This document shows positions 47,693 through 55,482 of a DNA stretch of 64,000 nt, one piece after another. The translations under genes and the position numbers were made by a program. The DNA is taken from the NCBI GenBank assembly GCA_049510975.1, contig JBEKYM010000016.1, positions 561 to 64,560 of the forward strand, written 5' to 3'. The stretch's first letter is position 1; each line of letters opens with the position of its first letter. The notes under the pieces were generated by a model. The model saw only the letters and a list, made by a program, of their open reading frames with translations. It was not told the origin of the DNA and did not search any database. The DNA comes from Acidimicrobiales bacterium. GTDB taxonomy: Bacteria > Actinomycetota > Acidimicrobiia > Acidimicrobiales > Bog-793.

Positions 47693-48322
47693 ATGGGTGC
47701 TGTACCGAAGGTCGTTTCTGCCGAGGAGTGGCAGCAGGAGCGAGCGGCGTTGCTGCAGGCCGAGAAGGAGGCGACGCGCGCCCTCGATGCCCTGGCGGCA
47801 CGCCGTCGCCGTCTCCCCATGGTCCGGTTCGACACCGCTCGCTACGTCTTTGACACCACCGATGGTCCGAAATCCCTGCTGGATCTGTTCGCCGGACGAG
47901 CTCAACTCGCCGTGTACCAGTTCATGGACAACGGGCCGGACGCCTTCTGCCCGGGCTGCACTCATTTCACCAACAACGTCGCCGACTTGGCCGACCTTGC
48001 CGAGGCGGGCGTGAGCTGGTGGACGATCTCGAACATGCCGCTTGCTCAGATCGAGGCCTACAAGGAACACATGGGCTGGACGGTGCCGTTCGCGTCGTCG
48101 CGGAACACGCCCTTCGCCAAGGACACCGGCGCGGACGGCCTGTTCATGCTGAGTATCTTCCTCCGCGACGGCGAGGACGTCTACCGGACCTATTCGACGA
48201 CGGCTCGCGGCGTTGACCGTCTCCTCTTCGTGAACAACATCCTCGACCTCATGCCCTACGGGAGGCAGGAGGAGTGGGAGGACTCGCCCCCCGGGTGGCC
48301 GCAGCATCCCACCTACGGGTAA
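47693..48322 (+). CDS. DUF899 thioredoxin-like family protein
   Basis: EEWQQERAALLQAEKEATRALDALAARRRRLPMV, LAVYQFM, CPGCTHF, MGWTVPFASS are hallmarks of DUF899. AAGGAG SD 6 nt upstream of ATG 47693. Confidence 0.8.
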   Translation: MGAVPKVVSAEEWQQERAALLQAEKEATRALDALAARRRRLPMVRFDTARYVFDTTDGPKSLLDLFAGRAQLAVYQFMDNGPDAFCPGCTHFTNNVADLADLAEAGVSWWTISNMPLAQIEAYKEHMGWTVPFASSRNTPFAKDTGADGLFMLSIFLRDGEDVYRTYSTTARGVDRLLFVNNILDLMPYGRQEEWEDSPPGWPQHPTYG

Positions 48323-48554
48323 GAGTGTGACCGAGCGCCGAGTTGTCCTCGCGTAGGGCGGCGTGTCGGGCCTGACCAAAACAAGGCGAGCGTAGAGGCA
48401 CTCGCCGTTTCCTCGAGACCGGGCGGCCCCGGGTCCGCTGCCTGCTTGCCGGCCCGGGTCGCGTCGCGTCGGGCAGGATCTCTCTGGCAGGATCCGCTAC
48501 CCGAACCCGGTGTGCCGTGACCAACCCCCGTCCGTCCGAGGAGGCCTCTGCAAC

Positions 48555-49475
48555 GTGAAGTCCGCTCCCCACAATCGCCGGCCTACTCCGGCGGATCCGG
48601 CTCACTCCGTGCGGCCGGAGGGCCAGGTGCCGCTGATCGGCCGCATTTTCCCTGCCCCGGTCGCTGCCAAAGTGCCGGAGGTCATCCTCGTCTTCTGGGT
48701 CGTGAAGATCCTGACAACCGCCGGCGGGGAAGCCACGTCCGACTACCTGAAGAAACTCGGGAACATCAAGGGTGGCGGCACGGAGGTGCTGCTGTTCCTC
48801 ATCGGCCTCGTGCTGCAATTCAGCACCCGCCGGTACCGAGCCTTTGCCTACTGGTTTCTCGCCTTCGCGATCGCCATCTTCGGCACGGGCGTCTCCGATT
48901 TCCTCCACCTCGACGTCCACATCCCCTACGCAGGAACGACCCTGCTGTGGGCGGTCATACTGGCCACCATCTTTTGGCTGTGGAATGGAAGCGAGCACAC
49001 GCTGTCCATCCACAGCATCACGACGCAACGACGGGAAGCCTTCTACTGGGCGACCGTGTTCGCCACCTTCGCCCTTGGGACGGCGCTCGGGGACTTCACG
49101 GCGACTTCGCTCAAATTGGGCTACCTGGCCTCAGGCATCCTCTTCGGTGTCGTCATCCTCCTGCCGGCCTTGGCGTGGTGGCGGCTCGGCTTGAACAGCA
49201 TTGCGGCGTTCTGGGCCTCCTACGTCGTCACGCGGCCCCTGGGCGCATCTTTCGCCGACTACATCAGCAAGCCCCGCGCCATCAGCGGGATCAATTTCGG
49301 AGACGGACCCACAGCGATCGTCTTTGCCGTCGCCGTCTTCATCCTCGTCGTCTACCTCGCCATCGCCCGCCCGGACATCCAGCCGCCCCTCAGCGCGGCC
49401 GTCCCGACGCAACGGTCGAACCGGTCGACCCCTGGCCTCCTTGGCGGTGCGCAAACAGAGATCGACGTTGAATAA
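48555..49475 (+). CDS. Polytopic membrane protein of unknown function
   Basis: About 8 hydrophobic helices (EVILVFWVVKILTT, LLFLIGLVLQF, FAYWFLAFAIAIFG, ...). Start placed at GTG 48555, 10 nt after GAGGAGG. The track start at 48510 is also possible. Confidence 0.65.
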   Translation: MKSAPHNRRPTPADPAHSVRPEGQVPLIGRIFPAPVAAKVPEVILVFWVVKILTTAGGEATSDYLKKLGNIKGGGTEVLLFLIGLVLQFSTRRYRAFAYWFLAFAIAIFGTGVSDFLHLDVHIPYAGTTLLWAVILATIFWLWNGSEHTLSIHSITTQRREAFYWATVFATFALGTALGDFTATSLKLGYLASGILFGVVILLPALAWWRLGLNSIAAFWASYVVTRPLGASFADYISKPRAISGINFGDGPTAIVFAVAVFILVVYLAIARPDIQPPLSAAVPTQRSNRSTPGLLGGAQTEIDVE

Positions 49476-49621
49476 CTCGCTTTGAGGGTGCCCCCGCCGT
49501 ACCGGCGCTGCGGTCGGGACGATCTGTACATCTCGGCGCCGTGCAGATCGCCGCCTCGAGCAGGGCGCGTAGCGCCGTTGTGTACTCATCAAAAGCCTGG
49601 CGCCCCGTGGGGCTGAGTCGA

Positions 49622-50500
49622 TCAGGTCCAGTTCTCACCCGTCGCCACCAGATCGAGCGTCGCAAGGCGCGCGGGCTCCGCAACAGCCTCGATCGTTGCG
49701 ATCCGGTCAGCGACGAAGGTGAAGAGCAGCACGACGCGTGGCTGACCACGGGGCATCCAGGCGGCGGCCGGGACTCCGTCGACGAGCACTGCTTGCGCGC
49801 CGCGCGCTCGCATCGAGAACGCCGCCACTGCCTCGGCGCCGAGCGCCGCTCCGGGTCCACCCATGGCGACAGCAGCCGCGTCGGCTCGCAGCACCGCTTC
49901 GGGGTCCAGCAGTTCGACCAGCGCCGAGAAGTCGCCGCGCCTTGCCGCCGCCAGGAACGCGTCGACCAGCCTGGCCTGCCGGAGCCTGTCGGGGCCGTGC
50001 CCGGCATCGGTGTGCTGAACACGACGGCGTGCCCGGCTCGCCAGCTGGCGGGCGGCGGTGGCATTGCGCCCGACGATCGGGGCGATGTCCTCGAACGGCA
50101 CGGCAAACATGTCGTGCAGCACAAATGCGACGCGCTCGGTCGGGGTGAGTGTGTCGAGCACGATCAACAGCGCGAGACCGACCGAATCGGCGACGAGCGC
50201 CTCGCTCTCGGGATCGAGCCCGCCCTCCTCGTAGAACTCGTCGGCGATGTCGGCGTCGAGAGGGACGTTCGATCGGGTCCGGCGCGACTGGAGGAGCGTG
50301 AGGCATACCCGGGACACGACCGTCGTGAGCCAGGCTCCGAGGTTCTCCACCGCGCTCGTGTCCGAACGACTGAAACGGATCCACGCCTCCTGGATCGCAT
50401 CGTCGGCCTCGGTCCTGGAGCCGAGCATGCGGGAGGCGAGGGCCGTGAGCCGCGGCCGGTGTTCCTCGAAGTGCGTGGCAAGCCACGTGCTCTCGTCCAT
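49622..50500 (-). CDS. ECF sigma factor with C-terminal SnoaL-like extension (ECF41/SigJ-like)
   Basis: Region 2 (ADDAIQEAWIRF), region 4 HTH (LTPTERVAFVLHDMFAVPFEDIAPIVGRNATAARQLASRARRRV), plus about 100 aa extra C-terminal domain. No anti-sigma gene is adjacent. Confidence 0.85.
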   Translation of the reverse strand: MDESTWLATHFEEHRPRLTALASRMLGSRTEADDAIQEAWIRFSRSDTSAVENLGAWLTTVVSRVCLTLLQSRRTRSNVPLDADIADEFYEEGGLDPESEALVADSVGLALLIVLDTLTPTERVAFVLHDMFAVPFEDIAPIVGRNATAARQLASRARRRVQHTDAGHGPDRLRQARLVDAFLAAARRGDFSALVELLDPEAVLRADAAAVAMGGPGAALGAEAVAAFSMRARGAQAVLVDGVPAAAWMPRGQPRVVLLFTFVADRIATIEAVAEPARLATLDLVATGENWT

Positions 50501-50501
50501 C

Positions 50502-50527
50502 GTCACATTCCTTTGCGCTCGTCGGTC
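50502..50527 (+). promoter_or_regulatory. Candidate ECF41-type promoter (GTCACA ... CGTC/GGTC) upstream of the AhpD/CMD gene
   Basis: GTCACA is at 50502-50507, CGTC lies 12 nt downstream and GGTC 16 nt downstream. The consensus as I remember it is TGTCACA-n16-CGTC. The element sits 68-93 nt upstream of ATG 50595. Confidence 0.3.
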
Positions 50528-50594
50528 TACTGAACATGACCGGCGCTGCGCCGCCGGTGTGACCGATACGACCCTAGGTAAAGGAGACGGTGCC

Positions 50595-51071
50595 ATGACC
50601 ACCACCGAGACGATCCCAACGCAACGCATGAAGAACCCCGCCCTCGTCATCCCCGAGGCGATGACCGCGATCCAAGCACTCATTGCCTCCACCCAAAAGG
50701 GCGGCGTGGACGAGAAGACTCTCGGGCTCGTGCACCTACGTGCCAGCCAGATCAACGGGTGCAGCTTCTGCGTCGACTTCGGCTGGAAGAACGGCGGCAA
50801 GACCGGCGAAAGCGTTGAGCGTCTCTTCGCCGTTTCGGCATGGCGAGAGTCGCCGTACTTCAACGACGCCGAGAGAGCGGCGCTCGCGCTGGCGGAGTCC
50901 GTCACCCGCCTCGCTGATCGGCCCGACCCCGTGTCCGACGAGATCTGGGACGAGGCGGCTCGCCACTACGACGAGGCCGGACTCGCGGCGCTGCTGCTGA
51001 TGATCGCCACGACGAACGTGTTCAACCGCCTGAACGTCGCCACCCGTCAACGCGCCGGAACCTGGTCGTGA
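50595..51071 (+). CDS. Carboxymuconolactone decarboxylase/AhpD-like family protein
   Basis: LVHLRASQINGCSFCVDFG (CxxC in AhpD-like context), SAWRESPYFNDAERAALALAE. AAGGAG SD 8 nt upstream. Confidence 0.85.
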   Translation: MTTTETIPTQRMKNPALVIPEAMTAIQALIASTQKGGVDEKTLGLVHLRASQINGCSFCVDFGWKNGGKTGESVERLFAVSAWRESPYFNDAERAALALAESVTRLADRPDPVSDEIWDEAARHYDEAGLAALLLMIATTNVFNRLNVATRQRAGTWS

Positions 51072-51132
51072 CGTCGATCGTGGCCGGTCGAACCATCGAG
51101 CCGCCCGGCCCCCCGAGAAGCCGTCCTCGCCG

Positions 51133-51813
51133 TTAGCAGGGCGGCCGTCCGGTCGGCACTGCTGACGGGGCGGGGTGCTTGGCATCGGACCCGCCGACGC
51201 TGTCGCCGCCCCGTTGCTGAGTGAGAGCTTCCAGGGCGGCGACGTGTGCCGTTACGTCTGCTGACCCGGCCAGCGCTCGCTGTGCCACGAACCCGAGGGT
51301 GATCGAGGTCAGCAGCTCCGCCACGCCTTCGGGGTCCGCCGCGGCGTCGAACGTGCCGGCCGCTTGCCAACGCTTCACGGCCTCGAGGAACAGCTTGCGC
51401 AGACCGGAGTAGGAAGCACGAGTGGCGGCTTTGAGCTGGGGGTCGCTCTGCGAGTGGCTCCAACCGTGGAGCGAGACCGCCAGACGGTCGATGCCGCCTT
51501 TCTTGTGCCGACCGAACCCGACGACGGCACGCAACACCTGCTCGACGAGCTCGGGCAGGGGCGGGGGCTCCGGGTTGGTGAGCACCGGCCCGAGATCCTC
51601 GGCCATGGCCGCTGTTCCTTCGGTCACAACGGCATTGATGATCTCGTCCTTGCCCTTGAAGTAGCCGTACACGGCGCCAGTGGACAGGCCGGACCGGGCG
51701 ATGATCATCTCCATCGACACGGCCTCGAGGCCGTGGTCCTGCAGGCAGGCGCGCGCTGCTTCGAGGACTTGCTCGCGTCGAGCCTCGCGCCGCTCGTCGG
51801 TGATCCGAGGCAC
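51133..51813 (-). CDS. TetR/AcrR family transcriptional regulator
   Basis: HTH REQVLEAARACLQDHGLEAVSMEMIIARSGLSTGAVYGYFKGKDEI. Confidence 0.85.
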   Translation of the reverse strand: MPRITDERREARREQVLEAARACLQDHGLEAVSMEMIIARSGLSTGAVYGYFKGKDEIINAVVTEGTAAMAEDLGPVLTNPEPPPLPELVEQVLRAVVGFGRHKKGGIDRLAVSLHGWSHSQSDPQLKAATRASYSGLRKLFLEAVKRWQAAGTFDAAADPEGVAELLTSITLGFVAQRALAGSADVTAHVAALEALTQQRGGDSVGGSDAKHPAPSAVPTGRPPC

Positions 51814-51850
51814 ACGACGACGCTATCACAAACAAAACGAACATTCCCTC

Positions 51851-51882
51851 TTGACATCCCGGAAGTCGTCTGTTACAAACAG
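51851..51882 (+). promoter_or_regulatory. Candidate promoter/operator for the MFS gene: TTGACA, 17 nt, TACAAA, overlapped by palindrome CTGTT-ACA-AACAG
   Basis: TTGACA at 51851-51856, TACAAA at 51874-51879, palindrome at 51870-51882, AGGAGA SD at 51899-51904, ATG at 51913. This is an AT-rich 99-bp divergent region between the TetR and MFS genes. Confidence 0.4.
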
Positions 51883-51912
51883 AATATTCCTTCGTTATAG
51901 GAGACGACGACC

Positions 51913-53553
51913 ATGACCATCCGCGACCGAACCGGCAGCCGAGAGGTCGGCCTCTCTGCCATCACTGCCATCGTCTGCATCGCCCTCGGGGCGGTGTCGG
52001 CCGCGATGGCCTCATTGAACGTCGCCATTCCCGACCTCGTCCGCAGCACCCACGCCAGCCAGACCCAGCTGGAATGGATCATCGATGCCTACCTGCTGGT
52101 CTTTTCCGTCCTGCTGCTCCCGGCGGGAGCCATCGGCGATCGCTACGGCCGCCGCCGGGCCCTCGTCGGCGGCCTGATCGTGTTCGGAGGTGCCTCGGCG
52201 GCGGCCATGACCGTCACTTCGGCCAACGACCTGATCGTCCTTCGCGGTCTGATCGGTCTCGGCGCCGCCTTTGTGATGCCAGCGACGTTGTCGACGATCA
52301 CGGGCACGTACCCTCCCGCCGAACGAACGAAGGCGGTCGGCGTCTGGGCAGCCGTCGCCGGGGGAAGCGCCATCTTGGGACTGCTCGCCAGCGGCATCCT
52401 CCTGCATTGGTTCTCCTGGCAGGCCGCCTTTGCCATCAACGTCGTCCTCGCCGTGATCGCCCTGGTGGGCACGGTCCGCTTCGTCCCCGAGTCGTCGCAG
52501 CCAGATGCGCCGGCGCTCGACAAAGGCGGGGCATTGTTCGCCACCCTCGGACTCGTCGCCCTCGTCTTCAGCATCATCGAGGCCCCCGATGCCGGCTGGC
52601 TGAGCGCCCGCACGCTCGCCGGCATGGCGGCTGGTCTTGCCGCCATCGCCGGTTTCTTGCGGTACGAGCGGCGCCAGCAGCATCCGCTGCTGGACCCGCG
52701 CCTGTTCTCCAACCGCAAGCTCTCTGCAGGCAGCCTCTCGATCTGCATCCAGTTCTTCGCCTTCTTCGGGTTCACCTTCGTGTCCCTCCAGTACCTCGAG
52801 GGCGTTCGTGGCTACAGCCCGCTGGTTGCGGCGCTCGCCGTGCTGCCCCTGTCAGCAACGATGATGCCGACTGCCAGAGTCACCCCCAACCTGGCTGCCC
52901 GGTTCGGTGCCCGTGCGGTCTGCGTCACCGGGCTCGTTCTGGTCGCGGCCGGCCTCGCGATCATCTCGCGCGTCGGAACCGACACGTCCTACTGGCTGAT
53001 ACTGGCCGGTCTCGTCCCGCTCGGCATCGGCATGGGGTCCGCCATGACGCCCGCCACCGCTGCGATCACCGAAGCCCTGCCGCAGGCGCAGCAGGGAGTG
53101 GGCTCGGCACTCAACGACCTGTCCCGAGAGGTCGGCGGCGCTCTCGGCACCGCCGTCATCGGTAGCGTCGTCACCGCTGTCTACCGCTCCAGCCTCGACC
53201 TCCCTGGCGCCCCGGCTCCGCTCGTCAGCCAGGCCCGAGCCTCCTTTGCGGTCGCTATCCACGCGGGCGGATCGATCGGCGCCCATGCACGCGACGCCTT
53301 CGTGAACGGCATTCACACTGGACTCCTCTGCGCAGCTGGGGCGGCCCTCCTCGCAGCGATCAGCGTGGCCATCCTGCTGAGGGACAAGACACTGGCTCGC
53401 CGGCTCGTCAGCGACAGCGGCCCCCAGCAGCTGACATTCGCCGCGGAGCAGATGGGGGCTGCCCTTGCCCGGATCCCGTCGACTCCATCGAACCGTCCGA
53501 CGCTCGTTCTCGTCGATGACACCATCTCCACCGACTCGATTTGCCCGTCATGA
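51913..53553 (+). CDS. MFS transporter, 14-TM DHA2 (EmrB/QacA-like) drug:proton antiporter type
   Basis: 546 aa. LLPAGAIGDRYGRRRALVGGL (MFS motif A), motif C-like region, about 14 helices. Confidence 0.85.
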   Translation: MTIRDRTGSREVGLSAITAIVCIALGAVSAAMASLNVAIPDLVRSTHASQTQLEWIIDAYLLVFSVLLLPAGAIGDRYGRRRALVGGLIVFGGASAAAMTVTSANDLIVLRGLIGLGAAFVMPATLSTITGTYPPAERTKAVGVWAAVAGGSAILGLLASGILLHWFSWQAAFAINVVLAVIALVGTVRFVPESSQPDAPALDKGGALFATLGLVALVFSIIEAPDAGWLSARTLAGMAAGLAAIAGFLRYERRQQHPLLDPRLFSNRKLSAGSLSICIQFFAFFGFTFVSLQYLEGVRGYSPLVAALAVLPLSATMMPTARVTPNLAARFGARAVCVTGLVLVAAGLAIISRVGTDTSYWLILAGLVPLGIGMGSAMTPATAAITEALPQAQQGVGSALNDLSREVGGALGTAVIGSVVTAVYRSSLDLPGAPAPLVSQARASFAVAIHAGGSIGAHARDAFVNGIHTGLLCAAGAALLAAISVAILLRDKTLARRLVSDSGPQQLTFAAEQMGAALARIPSTPSNRPTLVLVDDTISTDSICPS

Positions 53554-55055
53554 CGACAAAGCCTGAGATGACGACAACGGAGATGGACACGATGAGTCCA
53601 CAGCACTCCGAAGCCTCGGCTTCGACGCCCGAACCTCGACGGACCCAGTTCGACTCACTCGCAGCGCTCGACGATCTGCTTTGCGACACCGGCTTGACGA
53701 GTGGCGCCACGGGAGGCTCGGTGTCCTTCGCGGGGCAGGACCCGATCTTGCCGGCGAAGCATCGTCTCGGCGCCTGCATCGGCATCCCCATCATGGCCGG
53801 CGCGGTGGGTGCGGTTGCCTTCCACCGCCAACGGGGCGGCCCCGCCCAAGATCTGGCGTTGGACCTGCGTCAAGCGGTGCACGGCATCAATCCGGACATC
53901 ACGTGGCATCCGACGCTGAACGGTGAGCCCACGCCGAAACCGCTGCTGCACGACAATCCGTTCCTCCTCACTCCCTACCGCACCCGGGACGGACGTTGGG
54001 TCATGGCCTCGGGTGTCTACCCGCGCATGGTGGCCCAGTGGTGCCGGTTCTTGGACGTACCCCCCGATCCCGCCAAGGTTGCCGAAGCCCTCGCCCGCTG
54101 GGACGCCTACGAACTGGAGGAGGCAGCGACGGCGGCGGGGCTGACGACCTGCGTCGTCCGTAGTCCGGCGGAATGGCTCGCCCATCCCCACGGAGCGATC
54201 CTTGCCAACCAGCCCGTCATCGGGCTCGAGCGGATCGGTGAGGCACCCGCCCGGGACTTCGGACCGGCCGCGCGGCCGTTTGACGGGATCAGGGTCCTGT
54301 CGTTCACCCACGCCGTCGCCGGCCCCACCGTCGGCCGGACGCTTTCCGAGCACGGAGCAGACGTGCTGTGCGCCACCCGGCCCGACGACTACGAGCACGA
54401 GTTCGTCTACGCCGAGGCCAACGTCGGCTCCCGCAGCGCCTACATCGACCTCGACGGCCTCGCCGGCCGGCAGCGAGCCGCCGCCCTGCTCGCCACCACC
54501 GACATCGTGGTCAACAACCATCGCGGCGGATCACTCGAACGTCGGGGTCTCGACCCGTTGGAACTGGCCGAACGACACCCGGGCATCGTGTACGTGGCGG
54601 TCACCTGCTACGGGTCGGCAGGCCCATGGGCTCAGCGCGGCGGCTTCGACATGATCGGCTCCGCCGCCTCAGGCCTCATGACCACCGAAGGCACCGATGC
54701 CGAGCCGAAGCTTCCCGTCACCGGACTGATCAACGACTTCGTCACCGGTTACATGGGCGCAATCGGAGCCACGGCCGCGCTCGTCAGGCGCGCCACGGAG
54801 GGCGGTTCGTGGTACGTCACGGTCAACCTCACGAGAACCGCCATGTGGTGCGGGTCACTCGGCCTCGTCGACCCCGACATGGCCGGCTGCGATGACGAGC
54901 ACCGTCCTCGCGAGCCGCTCCCGTACGACGCGCCCAGCCCGCTCGGCGACGTCCACATGCTCGCGCCGCCCGTTCAGTTCTCACACACCCCACCCCGATG
55001 GCCCGACCCGCTCCTCGTCCCCCGAGGATCTGGTCCCGCCACGTGGCGAGAGTGA
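53541..55055 (+). CDS. CoA transferase family III (CaiB/BaiF-like) protein
   Basis: GIRVLSFTHAVAGPTVGRTLSEHGADVL, DIVVNNHRGGSLERRGL, GGFDMIGSAASGLM (catalytic Asp region). The start among several N-terminal Met codons is uncertain. Confidence 0.85.
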   Translation: MPVMTTKPEMTTTEMDTMSPQHSEASASTPEPRRTQFDSLAALDDLLCDTGLTSGATGGSVSFAGQDPILPAKHRLGACIGIPIMAGAVGAVAFHRQRGGPAQDLALDLRQAVHGINPDITWHPTLNGEPTPKPLLHDNPFLLTPYRTRDGRWVMASGVYPRMVAQWCRFLDVPPDPAKVAEALARWDAYELEEAATAAGLTTCVVRSPAEWLAHPHGAILANQPVIGLERIGEAPARDFGPAARPFDGIRVLSFTHAVAGPTVGRTLSEHGADVLCATRPDDYEHEFVYAEANVGSRSAYIDLDGLAGRQRAAALLATTDIVVNNHRGGSLERRGLDPLELAERHPGIVYVAVTCYGSAGPWAQRGGFDMIGSAASGLMTTEGTDAEPKLPVTGLINDFVTGYMGAIGATAALVRRATEGGSWYVTVNLTRTAMWCGSLGLVDPDMAGCDDEHRPREPLPYDAPSPLGDVHMLAPPVQFSHTPPRWPDPLLVPRGSGPATWRE

Positions 55056-55115
55056 TCTTCGTCTCGATCGATCAGTGAGCAAACCGATCCCCCCTCGGTA
55101 ACCGGGCTGATCGCC

Positions 55116-55337
55116 GTGGTGGCCAGCGACACGGCCACCGCCCGTGCGGCCATCTTGGCCGTGCTCTGGATCCACGGGAGCAAGACGGCATCGGCGTCGA
55201 CAGATTCCGTGGCTTCGATTCTCACGAGTGCCTTCACGGCGACCGGCACGCTCACGACGGCCTACCTCGGCATCAAGGCCACGGCGAACATGGCGAAGAA
55301 CGTCACTCGGGCGTACGCCCCGAGGAAGAAGGGCTGA
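55116..55337 (+). CDS. Possible small hypothetical protein (73 aa)
   Basis: GTG-initiated ORF with strongly G/C-biased third codon positions throughout, unlike the overlapping minus ORF. No family recognised. It is tail-to-tail with the giant surface-protein gene. Confidence 0.35.
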   Translation: MVASDTATARAAILAVLWIHGSKTASASTDSVASILTSAFTATGTLTTAYLGIKATANMAKNVTRAYAPRKKG

Positions 55338-55482
55338 CCAAGTATCGGGTTCGGCGACGCACCAGTCGGTGCTCGATTGCAGCCCTGTACCCGCCGAGAG
55401 CTTGACGCCTGGCTACCGATTGGGCGCTGGGACCGAAAGAGGCCTTGTGGTAGGCGACAGGCAGGGACGAGGGACGACGCGA

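Noticed and set aside
44116-47853. ORFs 44116..46290(+), 46214..47305(-), 46471..47853(+)
   Set aside because: They are antisense or out-of-frame to the hybrid histidine kinase, whose frame carries all kinase, REC and HPt motifs.
49390-50905. ORFs 49390..50124(-), 49541..50533(+), 49707..50537(-) and the N-terminal extension of 49622..50905
   Set aside because: These are shadow frames over the sigma-factor gene. The sigma factor begins at ATG 50500 (MDESTWLATHFEEHRPRL).
54974-55255. 93-aa minus-strand ORF between the CoA-transferase and giant genes
   Set aside because: It overlaps the plus-strand 73-aa ORF. I noted strongly G/C-biased third codon positions for that plus ORF, and I kept the plus ORF at low confidence.
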